Shown here piece by piece: positions 35,221 through 49,335 of a stretch of DNA of 64,000 bases; position 1 is the stretch's first letter, and the number at the start of each line of letters is the position of its first letter. The notes beneath the pieces are model-generated. The model searched no databases and was not told the origin of the DNA. It saw nothing but the letters and a program-made list of their open reading frames with translations. The stretch comes from the human T2T-CHM13v2.0 reference genome, Homo sapiens, in NCBI RefSeq assembly GCF_009914755.1, contig NC_060926.1. The stretch is one strand, 5' to 3'. Both the position numbers and the translations under genes were made by a program.

Positions 35221-36059
35221 CAAGGGGCTCCAGGCAGAGTCCCTCCCTCCCTTTCTCTTTCCTGCGGCCGCTGGCCTGGATGACAGAGGTGTGATGGGGC
35301 ACCACGGGGTCTCTCCAAGGCTGGTGGAGAGCAGGCAAGGGGAACCTTCCCGTTTCAGGGATGTATTCTCACCTAGGGCTCAGGACTACACTGGGGGCCC
35401 TCCAAGCAGGGGCTGGGCTTGTCTTCTGGATGGAGGGAGACTGCTCACTCTCATTTCAGGGTATCTTCAGCACGATGTTCCCACGGAGCCCTAACGTCCA
35501 CTGTCTGCCCACCCTTTCAGGCCAGTTTTCCAAGTTAAGCATTTGCACTCAAGTCTGGCCCTGCTCCTCCTTCACTGACCTTCCCAGCAAAGGCTATGCT
35601 CCTGATGTCCTCACAGACGATAAGAGCAACCGACTGGTGCTGGGTCTGCACTATTAAATGTATAGTGTGTGTGTCTCTGTGTGTCTATCTCCAATCACTG
35701 TACCCAAACAACACAAAGCAAACACTCTGAAACCAGTCAGATGTGATTCTGCTGCTACTTCAAGTTAATCTGTGGGCCTTAGACCCTTCATCTGTGAAAT
35801 GGGGATAATAATGCATCCTCAGGTTGCTGCTATGATTATTAGATGAGATGGTGCAGCAAAGCACTTAGTCTGGTGCCAGATCTGGACTCAACAGATTTAT
35901 TAACATTCTGAGGAGTGGGAAAACAGAGGGCACAGGACAGCCCTCCAGGCGGGAACTGTCTCCTCCACTGACACAGCAGGGCTCCCTTGGCCGTCTGCAT
36001 TCCCGAACATTGGTCTGACAGCTGAGGTCATCACTCACCTGGCATCATCTAAGAGTTTG

Positions 36060-36825
<766 letters not shown>

Positions 36826-37694
36826 TCACCCTGACACCCTGATGCCCCCTTCCACGCCTCCTCTCTGGAAGTCTTCAGGTGACCTGCCTCTGTAGCCCAG
36901 AAGCCCCCGTGAAGGGGTAGCAGTGAAAGGACAAGACACCCTCTGTGCTCTCTCCTCAGGGTCAGGATGAGGGCAGGATGGCTGGAGAGCTGGCAGTGAA
37001 GGGAGCCCAGCATTCCTGTCCCCACCACTGCCCATTTAACCCTAGAGCCCTCTGAGGACCTCAGCGTCTAGATGCAGACACTTGTTCCCATGTGGTGACC
37101 CACGGTGCCTCACAGTGTGCCTGACTTATCTGCTGTGGTCCTACCGCTATAGGGAGGGGCAGGAAGCCAGGTCCCCAGATGAGACACTTGGCTAGAAGGA
37201 GAGTTCTAGGGCTCAGGGATCACCCTGGCTTTCCTGTTAAGAAGAGTGTTCAAACCTTGATAGGCAAAAGGCCCTGCAGGTCCCACTCAGGACAACCTGG
37301 GCATTAAGGGAAATTAATACAAGTGCTACTATGTCTAATACAATTGCATGTCATAAACTATATTGCAATCATTGAGTTGTATACTTCAAAGGGTGCATTT
37401 TATTGTATATGAATTACACCTCCATAAAGTTGGTTATGTATCTCTTACTCCCTAGCACTTGTGTTGGGCACTCTGCACGCTTTTTAAGTGGATTATCTCA
37501 TTAAACCTTCCCCCAAACCCACTCCACATGTGAGGAAAGGAGGTGGAGACCTGGTTCAAGGCCATGCAGCTGGTCAGCGTGGAGCACTCAGGACCCCACT
37601 TGGCAAGACTGGCAGGAAGGCTCATTTCTTCTTCCATTTATTCAGTCAATTTTCACTCAATCAACAAAAAAAGTAGATGTCCAGAACCAAACGG

Positions 37695-37825
37695 TGCTGG
37701 TGGTTCCTGAACTCCTGTATGCAGCAGAAACATCACCAGAAATGCTTATTAAAATGCTGGTTTAGGGACCCACTGCCCAAGTTATGTCTCAGTGGGTGGG
37801 GGGCAGAACCTGCACTCCAACTGCC
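37695..37825. mobile_element. MER5-type hAT fragment
   Basis: gtggttcctgaactcctgtatgcagcagaaacatcacc...gcttattaaaatgc. Confidence 0.55.
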
Positions 37826-37829
37826 AGCC

Positions 37830-38365
37830 CAGCGGGCGACCCCTGGGGGCGAGGCGGGCAGAGGGAAGGAGGCGCCGGGCGCCTGAGCACCTGCGCATGA
37901 GGAGGCTGAGTCACAATGTGTTTGTGCTAGGGTAGGTATTAATAGAAACATAAAACCCCGGATCAGCCATTTCTTCCCCCTCTGGACAAGCCCGGACGAC
38001 ACGGGGCCACTGTTCTGTGACTCTGACCTCTGCCGTACATTAAACAAGAGGAGGGCGGGTCACATGGACACCTCATTAATTCGCCCTCCCTGTGGCAGGA
38101 GGATGGAGGGACAACAGAGGGCAGAACTCTCCACACTGCAGCCTTATCAAGGATAACGAGTGACCGTGTTGGGGGCTCAGGGGAGGGGCGAGTATCCCTA
38201 GGGGCGGGGCCTCAGTGAAGGGATAAATTAGTGCATCCTTTGTTTGCCTGCCAATAGGTGCTTCCAGGGGAGCCCTGGGGGCTAGGGAAGTTTGTTTGCC
38301 CAAAGCGTTTAAACAATCCCCCTGCAATCCTGTTTGCACTCTTCATTTGCTCAGCAAACCTGCCC
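37830..38365. promoter_or_regulatory. Candidate enhancer/promoter-like element (AP-1, GC box, EBF-like, FOX cluster)
   Basis: CpG patch at 37830-38035; TGAGTCA 37907, TCCCTAGGGG 38195, GGGGCGGGGC 38201, TGTTTGC at 38241, 38293 and 38331. Confidence 0.45.
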
Positions 38366-41300
38366 CTCGGATATAGCTTTGGAGTAAACTCAGGCCCAGC
38401 TGCTGCTGAGCTCAGGGATGTTGTTTGGCCCTCCCAAGCTGGGGCAGGGGCTCCAAATGTACACAATGCCCCCCCAACTACCACCACCACGCAAATAACA
38501 CCCCATCTGACCTCATCCTGCTGGGCAAGTGAGAGTTAAACATCCTAGTTCAAGTTCATTCTGTCTCTTATAGCTAAGTACCTGACTTTTCAAAGGTCAG
38601 AGCTGCTGCAGGGCTGTCTCTGCTCTCAGGAGGACACCCTTCCTCCCACTCCCTCTTTGCCAGGCTGCAGTGGAGGGGCCTGGTGGCCCTGGGGTGTTGG
38701 GTCGGGCCATCTTGCTTGCAACACGCCCCGCAGTCCTGGGGCCGGCGGGGTTGGGGCGGGGAGTGGGGGGGTCCTGAGGTCTGTTTACTACACCTAAGCC
38801 ATGCAGGGGAATTGCTCTGGGCCCTGTGGCTGGGTCCCTATTCTGGGGCTGCCACCTGCTAGAGGGAGGTCTGGCTATGACCCCAGTGACCCTTGGCACG
38901 GCTGGCTGCTCTGCAGTTTTGACTATAGGGCACCGGCCACTCTCAGCTCCCTCTGGTCTGCCTTCCACACAGTTGGGAGCCTAGGATCCTGGGGGTGCTA
39001 GGCAAGCCCCTCTGGTACTTCCTGAACCTCCCACCACCATCTACTCTGGGTAGCAGCCTGATGTTGTAGAGGTGGGGTCTTTGGCACCAGAAGCACGGGG
39101 GGCAGGGGAGGGGTCAGGGTCAGCATTCCCTTGGATCTAGGAAGTTTCTTACCCCCTCCTTGGGTGCAGCCTCACATATCTCCCTTCTGATGTCTTATGC
39201 AGTTCCAGTTCACCTTCTTATCACATTCTGTGTCCTCTGCCCGACACGGTCTTAGAGTAAACCTCACGCTCAGACCTGCAGGCATTGCACTTGATATAGA
39301 AAGGGCAACGTGCAGACGTAGAAAGCTTTTTCCCCTGCAGGGAAGCCTGGCTTTCAAACCCCTCTTGCTGTGGGCCTGGAGATCCTAGTCTGGCTAGGCG
39401 CTCACTTGCTCTTTGTGTCTTGTAACAACCCTGATCCTCCTGGAGGCTTGGGCCTCTGGCAGACTAGTGGGAAGGTCACCAACAGGGAAGAAAAGAAAAA
39501 CACCAAAGGCATTCCCACATTTTAAATGTACTCTTCCATTATACATGTCAATCTGCCCTGGAGATGTCCCAGTAAGGGCACCGGCTGAACACAGGAGTGT
39601 GTGGAGGGGCCCCCATCTGGGCCCAAGGATCTTCTGGCATCAGGGGTAGAGGGCAAAGGGCCCCTGCCGCTTCTTATCAAGTGGTCAAGTGCCTGTGGCA
39701 TAGGAACAATGACGGCTGTGTCACAAAGGTATGAGGATTAACAGAGTAAACGCCTGGTGTAGCCTCGGCTTCACCACTGGGCACACGTGGAGATGCTCCT
39801 CGTCTTATTCCCTCTCGAGCTGCTCTTAATGCCCAGATAGACCGAATTTGCCCCCAGAACAGGAGTTCCCCATGCCTTCCTCTTCCAGGGAGATTTCAGT
39901 GAGAGCAGCAAGTCGAAGCCTGATGCAGTTTCCAGGTGTATAGGGCAGAAAGGGATCGTCTCCCCAGCATGGCTTTTTGACAGATAGAAGGCATCGGTGT
40001 GACAGAGAAGGAGGCTGGATCCTGGGCTACCCATCAAGCTGCGGGTTACTCAGGGAGGACCGGGGTCTGACAGCCCTTAGACTACCCTGACTCATGCCTG
40101 GAGTCAGACATAGGAGCTCCCTTCCCCCCAGGCCACCTCTGCTGGGATGTGCTTGCCCCTCCCCACCCCACCTCAGTTTCCCCACTGCACAGTGGACACC
40201 AAGCCGAAGTCATAGGGTGTGGGAGCAGTGAGTCTGAAGAACACCACAGTTAGGAAATCTAAAGCAATCTTTTTCTTGGTGCTGGCAAGGGTAGCTTGCA
40301 TGAAGGTCAAGATAAAACCCGCGGGGAGAAAGGAGCGGCGGAGTGTTTTGTTTGGCGCAGGCCAGCCGGCTGTTGCCTCGGTAGCTGAGAACATCGGCTC
40401 TGGTCACGCTTGCCTCTGCTCCAATCCTATTACTCCATGCGGTTTGGCCTCCAAAAATAGCCTCTGTCAGCTCCATCATCATAGTTCAGCATTTCCACCA
40501 CCGGTCACTTATTGTTCCGTGGACATAGTCATCGTTAACCCCTCCTCTGCCAGCCGGCCAGGAGCACCTGGGCTAAGATTCCACCTCTGGGGAGAGCGTT
40601 TTTCTTTTCACAGCCCCATCCACTCTGCAGGGAGAGCCAAAGGGCGTTTCCATGGGACGGAGCTTCCACCCGGTCCAGACACCACAGACCTACATGGTTT
40701 CTTTTTTAACTGCCCTACAAGGTTTAGAGGGGTTATCTGCATTTGGCAGAGGAGGGAAGCAAGACTCAAGGAGGTGAACTGACTTACTCAAGGTCATCAG
40801 CCAGTGTGTGGCTCAGCCCAGGTGCAGACCAGGACTGCCCGACTTCAAGGCTGGCCTGTGTCACCTGGTCCTGCAACCATAGCTCTTTTGCCCCAGCTGA
40901 GATGAGGCCTCCTCCCCACAGCCTCCTCCAGGCCCCTTTGGTCAACAGACCCTGGACTGAAGGCATAGGGGGAGAGTGCTGCCTGCCTGCAGGGTCACCT
41001 GAAGTGTTTGTGTAGAGTGGAGATCGCAATCCCCTGCTCCCAGACAGCCTGACTCAGTAACCCAGGGACACAGCCTGGCAGGGCTCATAAGTCTAAGCAC
41101 CACGAATGTCCTGAGAGTCTGCAGGTGCCACTGGGAAGGAAGGAAAATTGGTCTTTTTGGAGTCTGGCATGGCATCCAACACATTAGCATATAACAGTGT
41201 GTTTCTTTTCAGCAGTCAATTTTTTAGATGAGAAAGTGGAGATTCCCTCCATGGCACCAGATTGTCTCTCAAAAGAAAACAGCCAACAATTTTACAGCAA

Positions 41301-42639
41301 AGATCAGCCTGGACGATGGACAAATGTGTCACACAGACCTGAGTGTGGAGTAGGCGCCCAACAAGGAGGCAGCTAGGGCAGTGGCTCTGAGCACAGGCCT
41401 GTGGACCAGGCAGACCCCAAGTGCTTGGGGCGTATAAATGAGATGGTGTGGGTCCAGGGGCAGCACAGAGCCTAGTGCTAATGACAGCGTCTGGGATCAC
41501 TGAGGCCTCAACATGTGCAAGAACATTGTCCTAAGAACCTGCTATTGATGAGCTTGTTCACACTCGTTAGGCAAATTCTGCTGTTATTCTCATTTTACAG
41601 GGGAGAAAACTGAGGAACTGAGAAGTAACTTACTACTGGAAGTAGGATGGGAAACCAGGCATCTACCTTCAGAGCTTTGTGCATTCATCATTACATATGT
41701 TCCCTGGGGACAGAGCAGTCCTGGTATAATTGCTGGGGAGCCCTGGCCTGCCACTGAGACTCCCCCACCTCCCCTCTGGCTTCTCTGTCTGCCCCTGCAG
41801 GGCCTGGACCAAGTGCTCCCAGGGGCCTTCTGGCCCTGACCCACTGAGGATGCATCCTGCTGTGGCCTCCTTGCAGTAGCCCCAAGACTGGCCACCCTGA
41901 CTCCTGCAGGCCAAGCCCCTGGGGCTCCTGGCTCCTCCTGCTGTGTCAGGCCCAGCCTCCTTCCAACCTGCTGAGGTGCTGACCAGCCCCAGTCATTCCT
42001 CAGGACAGTCTCTGAGTTTGGACAGCGACCTCTAAACCCTGCCCATGCTGTGATTTTATCCTGGCCAGTCTTTGCTTGCATACCATTGCCATTTAAATCA
42101 TTCTGCCGGTGGAACCTGGGTTGAAGAAACCAAGGGTTCTGGGTCCCCCAGTGCTGACCCTGCACCCACAGCGAGGAATGTAGAGGTTGGAACAATCTTC
42201 ACCTTTCACAGGCTTGGAGTTCACTTGCTCCAGAACAACTTTGCGACTTTTTGGGAGAATGCCAGCAGTAATCTCCATGTGGCCCCGTGGAAAGAACCTG
42301 GGCTCTGCCAGGCTTTGGTGCCCTCTCTGCAGCTCTCAGGCTGAGTTTTGGTGAAATGATGCTTGTGGAACGCCTAGCAAAGCACCCCCGCTCACAGTGG
42401 CCCCACGAAGCAGTAGGTCCCCTAAACTACCTGCACTTGCCCATCTGAGCCTCCCTCCCACTGCCCCTTCTCTGTGCCCCAGAGCCTGACCACATCAACG
42501 AGTCCCTGTGCTCGGGTGCTGGCTGGTTTTGGCCAGTGGGGTTCCCTGGCAGGGGGCATGTAGTGGCCACACTCTGGCTGAGTGTCTTGCCCATCAGGAG
42601 GCCCTGGCCCGGCAGGAGGCCCTCCCCACTCAGCCCTCC

Positions 42640-42817
42640 TGCTGGGATCTGGACTATTTCCCTGCTTCCTCATCCCTTTAGGCCTAGAGGAGGGAGCAGA
42701 CCCCTCGTGGTGTCCTATACCCTGGCCTCAACTTGTAAATAGTTCCTTTATTAAACTCTCAGGTCCTTCGACTTTGAGTGTGTCATCTGTTTCCTCCAGT
42801 TACCCTGACTGGTACAG
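42640..42817 (+). mobile_element. LTR33-type ERVL LTR 3' part
   Basis: ttgtaaatagttcctttattaaactctc...tttgagtgtgtcatctgtttcctcc...accctgactggtaca. Confidence 0.75.
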
Positions 42818-44378
42818 TGGCTAAAAATATACAAAGCCAAATGAATAAAAACCCTTGTTTTCATGGACCAGCGCTTGCGGCTCTGAGACAGGTGGTGAGC
42901 TGCCCAAGGTCTCTGGAGTTAGTGGCACACCTGGGCCTGGGCTCTGCCTCCTGCCTCCTGTGTTGCTCTTCCCTCGCACCCTGGGACCTCAAACAGTTGG
43001 GCATTCTTCAGAGAAGAGGGAGCTCAGCCTGCCTCCCAGGGAGGAGACCCCAGACCCAGGGGCCGTGGGCTCTGGGCCCCAGCAGACCTGGCATGTAGGG
43101 GATATTCTCACTCCTGGCCAGCTGTCCCCACCCTGGCTAGGGACTGATGGCCTATGTGAAGGGCACTTGTCTTATTCAGTCTTCCAACGCTATTGTAGGG
43201 AATTGCCTCTTTGAGTTTTCTGCCCACTCCACCCCATCGTTGGGGTCTGCCCCTTCTGTCCCTTCTGTTAATGATCAGTGGGCTGGCACAGAGCCCAGCA
43301 TGCCCTGCACCCCTTCTCTCTCTCACCTGTGTGTGGGCACAGTCAAGCTCCCCATCCTGAAACTGACGTCCAGCATCCCCCTCAACTGCTACTGATGGCC
43401 CTGAAAATTCACCATTAACTGCATGGCTCAGCCTGAGGCCTCGATCACGTGCAACGTGCAAATGGGGTATGCTGAATGAATTGGCGCCACTATATAAATG
43501 AGTTTGTCCGAGCTCAACCTGGGAAAATCTCCCAATAAAAGGAAGAATGTAAGAGTCACAACTCTCAGTGGGAACTGGAAGGGCTCTGACTGGCTCGCTT
43601 AGCTGTGAAGCCCAGGGCAGTCCACGCGAAGCCCTGTAGGGTCCTCCGGATCAGCCTCTGCCCATCTCCTGGTTACGAGGGCTGGGTCTCCAGAGTGGCG
43701 AGAAAGACGCCCACCTCCTGCTCAGGCTGCTGAGAAGGCCCTGGGGAAGACAATACCCTTAGCCTCAGTGCCTGCCTCCTTCCCTGCCACTGGCCTGTCT
43801 TGGATCACGCAATCAAGTGCTCTGCAGCCAAGGGAGTGACAGGGCCTCAGCGCGACCATCCTGTCCCAGTGCAATCGCAGGCACCAAGAGTCGGGGAGTA
43901 TGGGCCCCAAAGGAGGATGGGCTGCTGTTTCCCATGTCCGCCAGTGGGAAAGAAGACAGCAGGAGGCTTTTGGTGCCTGAAAGAAGGAGAGCTAGGAACT
44001 GCGGGAGAGAAATGGAGGCGAAATGCCTCTCACCATTCTCCCTTGGCTGGACCTGGTGCTGGGGATAGGTGCTGCCTCCTCCATGGGGCCATCTCTGATT
44101 ACCTCGCCTTGCATCTGGGCCCAGGGATCTTCAGGCTCCTGTGTCTCCCCCGGCCCACGATGGACTGTTTACTTATCTCTGTTCTGTACCAGATGGAACG
44201 CTCCTCCAGGCCAGGATAACTAACAGGATACCTGTTAGTTACAGTGGCAAACACCTCCCCCAGCCCACGTCTTAACTTCATTCAAGAAGTTGACTTCTCT
44301 GGCACACAAAGCTCCATGTGGATGTTCCCAGCTGGCGGGTGGCCTTCCACCTGGTCAGTAGGACCCCGGGGCCTTGGA

Positions 44379-44541
44379 GCAGTGCCTCCAATAGAACTTG
44401 CTGCAATTCTGTGCCCATGTGGCTACCGAGCATTTGAAACATGGCCTGTGTGATGGAGGAACTGAACTTTTCATTTCACTCAATATCAGTTAATTTTAAT
44501 TTAAACAGCCACATGCTGGGGCTGCTGTCTCACTGGGTGCA
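44379..44541. mobile_element. MER3 hAT-Charlie DNA transposon (internally deleted)
   Basis: ccaatagaactt...catgtggctaccgagcatttgaaacatggc...gaggaactgaactttt...aatttaaacagccacatg. Confidence 0.85.
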
Positions 44542-46689
44542 GGCTTGGTGCTCTCTGCCCAATCTTCAGATTTCAACTGGAAGACAGAAAAAGGGAGAGG
44601 ATTTTGAGTTGGGCCTGGTGTGCCTCTTGCTTACCTTGTCACTTGACCACCTCTCACTGCAGTGGATGCTGGGAGCTATCACCTCACAAGGAGCCCTGGA
44701 AGTGGAGGGATGAATTTGGGGAGGGCAGCACACCTCGCTGAGTCACCTCTCTGCTTCCCAGCCCTGGCAGTGCCTGGCAGGATGCTGGCACTCAGGAAAG
44801 GCATTTTGGATGAGGAGATGTGAATAGGAGTAAGAGGATGTGTATAAATATGAATATGGGGAAAAGGCGTGGCAGGAAGACTCCTAAGTGGATCTCTGCT
44901 TGAGGCCACTCTGTCTTCCCAGTAGATGCCGTGGGCTCCAGGCTACCTCCCTGAGCCCGGGACCCAAAAGGCAGGGCAAAATGCAGAACCTCAAGAATGG
45001 GGAAACAGCATCTTTCAAACAGCCACTATTGACCCTGTGAGGAGAAAAGCAAAGTACAAAGTGCGGAAGCACTGGGCTCAACCCCTGCCAAGTAGGGTAG
45101 GAGGCACTTCTCAAAGCTGGGGCCCTGGGGTCAGGGACAGAGTGGGGGCCAACCCTTTATCTGACTCTATACACAAACCAGTCCCACAGCATGGGGTTTG
45201 TATATTGCATTCTAGGAAGCGGGATCTCTTTGGAAGGTAGTGACACCACTGAAGGGATCCCAGGGGCAGGGAAGGGGTGTGAGGAGGAGTCCTAGCTAAG
45301 GTCCCAATTAGGGGCTGACTTCCCCTCCTGCCTCTATCTCTAACTTGTCGTGGGACTGCAGACAATTTCCCTCCCCGCTCTGGAATTCTGTAGCCTACTT
45401 AAAAATAAGAGGTTTGGACATAGGATTTCTAAGGTCCCTAATGCCCAATAGACCTGAGATTAACTTTTGTCTGCAGCCCAACAAGCCACAGAGACTTTAA
45501 CAAGGTCTTGGACCTTCAGATGCCTCAATTGGGCCAACTATGAAGGGAGAGGAGTGCCACTAACCTGGGACTGTGTGGGAAAGAAGCACAGATGCCTGGA
45601 TCTATGGTAACAGTTAGCAGCAGACATGGTAACCCATCTCCTCCGCAAACACGGCCCATCTTGTCCCCAGCATTGAGGAACTGACCTGGGGTCTGCGGAG
45701 GTGATGCGGTCACCGGAGGTCTGTCTCACAAAGAGATTCAGAGCTCCTTGAGGAAAGGGGCCTTGCCCAGTGCTGAGTTGGTTCTGAGGAGGGACAGGAG
45801 AAGCCTGAGTTGCAGTGTCTGCCCATTTTGGGGGGGTGGATACCCCCATGGCCAGTGTCAGGTTACCCACAAGATGTCACTGAACATGGAGCTGGAAAGA
45901 GGTGCACAGTGCTCTGGGAGCTGTGGGGAGCTGGCTCCAGTGCCCCACCCCCCAAGACAGGCCCTGTTCATCTTGGCACTTCCAGGACCCAAGAAGGGCC
46001 TGGCACGGGGCAGTGCTCAGTGCTCTCCAGCTGAATGAATGCTGAACTAATACAGGCTGATGCCAGGGACGGCCCTCCTGCAATTCCTTACACTGAGGCC
46101 CTTCTTTGTGGGAGCAAATGGTGACATAAGGAGAAGTTAGAGACCAAGGCATGGGATGCTGAACTCATTACAGCCCCTCATCAGAAAACCTCCCTCCCCA
46201 GTTAGCAGCACAGACAAGGGCAAGTCTCTGGATCCCTGGAAGGGTCCCCCTCCTTCGAGTGCTTTGACACCATCCCAGTGGCTGGAGGAAAGCACTAGAG
46301 AAACCTTCAGGCCCCCACCCCTTCCGGCAGCACATGGCACACCTCTCCTGGAGACCCTTTTGGCGTCTGCCCCACCCATTTATCCACCGCACCAAGGAGA
46401 AGGAGAGGCAGGGCTTAGGTCTGCAATTTGGGGCAACAGTAACTGGCAGAGGCCACTATAGCCTGTGTGGAGGACGCCAGGCTATGAATCATTCTCCTCA
46501 TCTATTTCTCCCGGGGCACGGGGCTGCCAGTCCCTGGCCTCCTAGCAGGTGAGTCTGTGATGGACAACCCACCCCCAGCCCCTGGCAGGAGCCCCGTGGG
46601 AAGCAGCAGGCTGGGGGCAGTCCCAGGGGCATCCCCAGAGGCAGCCCTAAATGAACCTCCCCTTCTGTTCAGGTCAGACCCTGTGTGAG

Positions 46690-47140
46690 TGCCCTGGAGC
46701 CCCTGAGCCTGCCTGGTTACTGACCTCAGCTGACCCTGTGGGCTCCCCCTCTCTTGGGAGATTCAGGCAGGGCTCCACTGGAAAATCATTCCACTCTCCA
46801 TGGCATCAACTGTGGGTGGGCTGGTCTAGAGGGTCCAGTGTGGCTTCACTGCCATGCAGGCACAGCCGGCACCTGCTCCTGGTCTCCACAATGACAGTCC
46901 CGGAGCACTTGGACTTAGGAGGCAGCTGGCTTCCCCAGAGCAAGCATCCCAAGAGAAGCAAGGGGAAGCTCAGTGACCTTTTCGGACCTATGATAAGAAT
47001 GGAACATGACTTCTGGCCCCAGGTCCAAGGAAGAGGGGAATGACTCCACTTCTTGAAGGGGAATGCAGAGTGCCAATGCAGAAGAGCATGCAAGGTGGGA
47101 TAGGCTGCTGTGGTCCTCTGTGAAAGTACAATCTGCCACA
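46690..47140 (-). mobile_element. MLT1G/H-type MaLR LTR
   Basis: gctggcttccccagagcaagcatcccaagaga, gactccacttcttgaagggga, terminal aaagtacaatctgccaca. Confidence 0.75.
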
Positions 47141-47254
47141 GACGGGGAACCCGGTTCCTTGCCTCTGGGGCAGCCTAAGGAAGAGTAGGCTTGAAGGATC
47201 TGATTCAGAAAGCATTACTAAGAAAATGCCAGGTCACAACTTTCGCATAATACG

Positions 47255-47455
47255 ATAGTTAAGGTTATTTGAGCAACTACTGTGTGCCGGGGACTGTCCT
47301 AGGTACATGCGTGAGTAATCTCATTTCATTCCCACAATAATCATGTAAGGTAGGGACTGTTATTCTTCTCCCCAAGATGGGGAAACTGAGGCATGTTGGA
47401 TGTTTGTCCCTGTAACTTCCCTAGAAGAAGCACAGGCAAGATTCAGACCCCAGCA
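47255..47455 (-). mobile_element. MIR
   Basis: ttatttgagcaactactgtgtgccggggactgtcctagg...atctcatttcattcccacaataatcatgtaaggtagg...gatggggaaactgaggc. Confidence 0.82.
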
Positions 47456-48249
47456 TTGGGGCCCAGGGTACAAGCACTGGTCCTTATGTTTCTTTCATGG
47501 GAAAACCACGGGGTCACACAAAGTCAACTGGCCTCCAGCACCACCAGGCTGATTGCAGTCCTGCCTGGACTGGAACGCTGGCACTGCCACCTATGAGCTG
47601 TGGCATACATCCCTTAGCCCCTTTGAGTCTCGGCTTCCTTGCCCATGAAATAAGATGCTTGTATCCACTTCCTGGGCTTTCTGGGGGATGATGTGGACTT
47701 GTGTGTAGCAGGTGTCAGGCAGGGGGCTGGCACCGAACAAATCTTAAGTCCCTTTCCTCCCCTGAACTCCAGGAAGGAAATGTGAAGACAATGCATATGA
47801 CAAAACACTATTGTTCCCCAAGAGGGAGGGGACCTGGAATTCTAGTGATGCTGGGATTAAACCCAACAGAGAGCCCTCTGGAGAAGGGAAAAGGGGTGAC
47901 CACTAATGTTTCCCGAATAGCTAATGTTTCCCGAGTGCCCACTGTGTGCCAGGCTGCCCATAAGGTATGTCATGTCCCTGAGCCCTCCTGACAAAGCTGC
48001 AGGGCACAAAAGTCTGAGATTCGGAGAGTGTAAGCAATGGACCCAAGTTCCAAAGCAGTCACAGCAGAAGACAGCTTTGAACCCAGCACCCTCTCATTTC
48101 CTGTGTCCCCTGCATCTTCCCTGGCTCCCAGGAGGTACTACTGAAGCACAAGTCAGTGTGCCAAGGAAAAGAGACACTTTGAGTGTTACCTCTGGGTGGG
48201 GAAGTGCCTGCCTGCTGCCAATAATGCTAAGGATCTCTTGCCCTCTGGC

Positions 48250-48750
48250 CATTGGTGTCAGATCCAAACTCCTCCAAGCCTACAAGCCCCTGCCAGCTCT
48301 GGATCCCTCTGACCTCTCTGATCTCATTTCCTCCCACACTACCCCATCTGCCCCCTACTGCCCTTGCCAGTCACATTCCTGCCTCCAAGCTTTTGTGCCT
48401 CATCTTCCCTCAGCCCTGAACACACCGCCCACCTCAGTGTGGCCTGCCCTTCCTTCATCCAGGTGTCTGCTCTGAAGGCCCCTCCTCAGGGAGGCCTTCC
48501 CCGATCACTTCGCCACTATGGCTCCCCCAGCTTTATAGCTCCTTACTCGCCTTTTTTTTTTTTTTTTTTTTTTGGCTACCTAGCATGTAGCACCATCTCA
48601 CTTTTTACTGCATATTAATCTACTTATTTATCGTCTGTGCTCCCCACTACAATGTGACCCCAAGGAAGGCAGGAACCTCAGTGGCACTGGTCACTGCTCT
48701 AGCCCTAGAGTTTAGCGCAGTGCTTGCACATAGTGGGTGCCCAGCAATAA
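48250..48750 (+). mobile_element. L2 3' fragment
   Basis: cagatccaaactcctcc...cctgcctccaagcttttg...cctcctcagggaggccttcccc...gcagtgcttgcacatagtgggtgcccagcaataaata. Confidence 0.8.
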
Positions 48751-48759
48751 ATAGTCACA

Positions 48760-48870
48760 AGGCTGAGGCGGAAGGATCGCCTGAGCTTGGGAGATTGAGG
48801 CTACAGTGAGCCGTGATGGAACCACGGCACTCTAGCCTGGACAGAGCAATACCTTGTCTCTAAATAAATA
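48760..48870 (+). mobile_element. 5'-truncated AluJ/FRAM right-arm fragment
   Basis: aggctgaggcggaaggatcgcctgagc...tctagcctggacagagcaataccttgtctc plus short (TAAA) tail. Imperfect TSD aataaatagtcaca / aataacagtcaca. Confidence 0.85.
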
Positions 48871-49180
48871 ACAGTCACAGAAACAAAGCCTGATTAACAG
48901 GACAAAGGGGAAGCCAGGGAGGCGGAGAAGCTTGTGACTTAAAGATTCACCCTGAAGGAGAATTTACTTAGGGTCCTTTTTGTTTTTAATCAGCGTTTCA
49001 CTGACCTGTCTGGAAGAATGGCCAAGGCTTTGCCCACTGATTCCAGGATTTTCAGAAGCTTTTTCCTAATAAGAAAAATGTTGCCCTTCAGCTGAGTGTA
49101 ACCACATTGCAGGCAGTGTCTCAGATGGGGGCAAGAGGCAGTATTTTAATAGTAGACACCTAACCCCCCTGACCTAAAGG

Positions 49181-49335
49181 CAGGCTGCCTCAGAGATGTG
49201 TGATCTGTGAGGTTGTACAGGGCCCCCATGCTGGGTTTAATCCTCTGTTGTCACCGTCTTAAAATTTTTCACTTTTTCACAAGGGACCTGCATTTTCACT
49301 TCACCCTGAATCCTGCAAATTATGTAGCCAGTCCT
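49181..49335 (+). mobile_element. MER45A hAT-Tip100 element
   Basis: acagggcccccatgctgggtttaatcctctgttgtcaccgtcttaaaattt...gcattttcactt...gcaaattatgtagccagtcct. Confidence 0.85.

Noticed and set aside
41590-42195. Longest ORF (201 aa, minus strand)
   Set aside because: No recognisable domain; composition typical of chance ORFs in GC-rich DNA; overlapped by equally uninformative ORFs.
47903-47934. ctaatgtttcccga repeated with 18-bp period
   Set aside because: Trivial local duplication at a MIR edge; only two copies, no spacer array.
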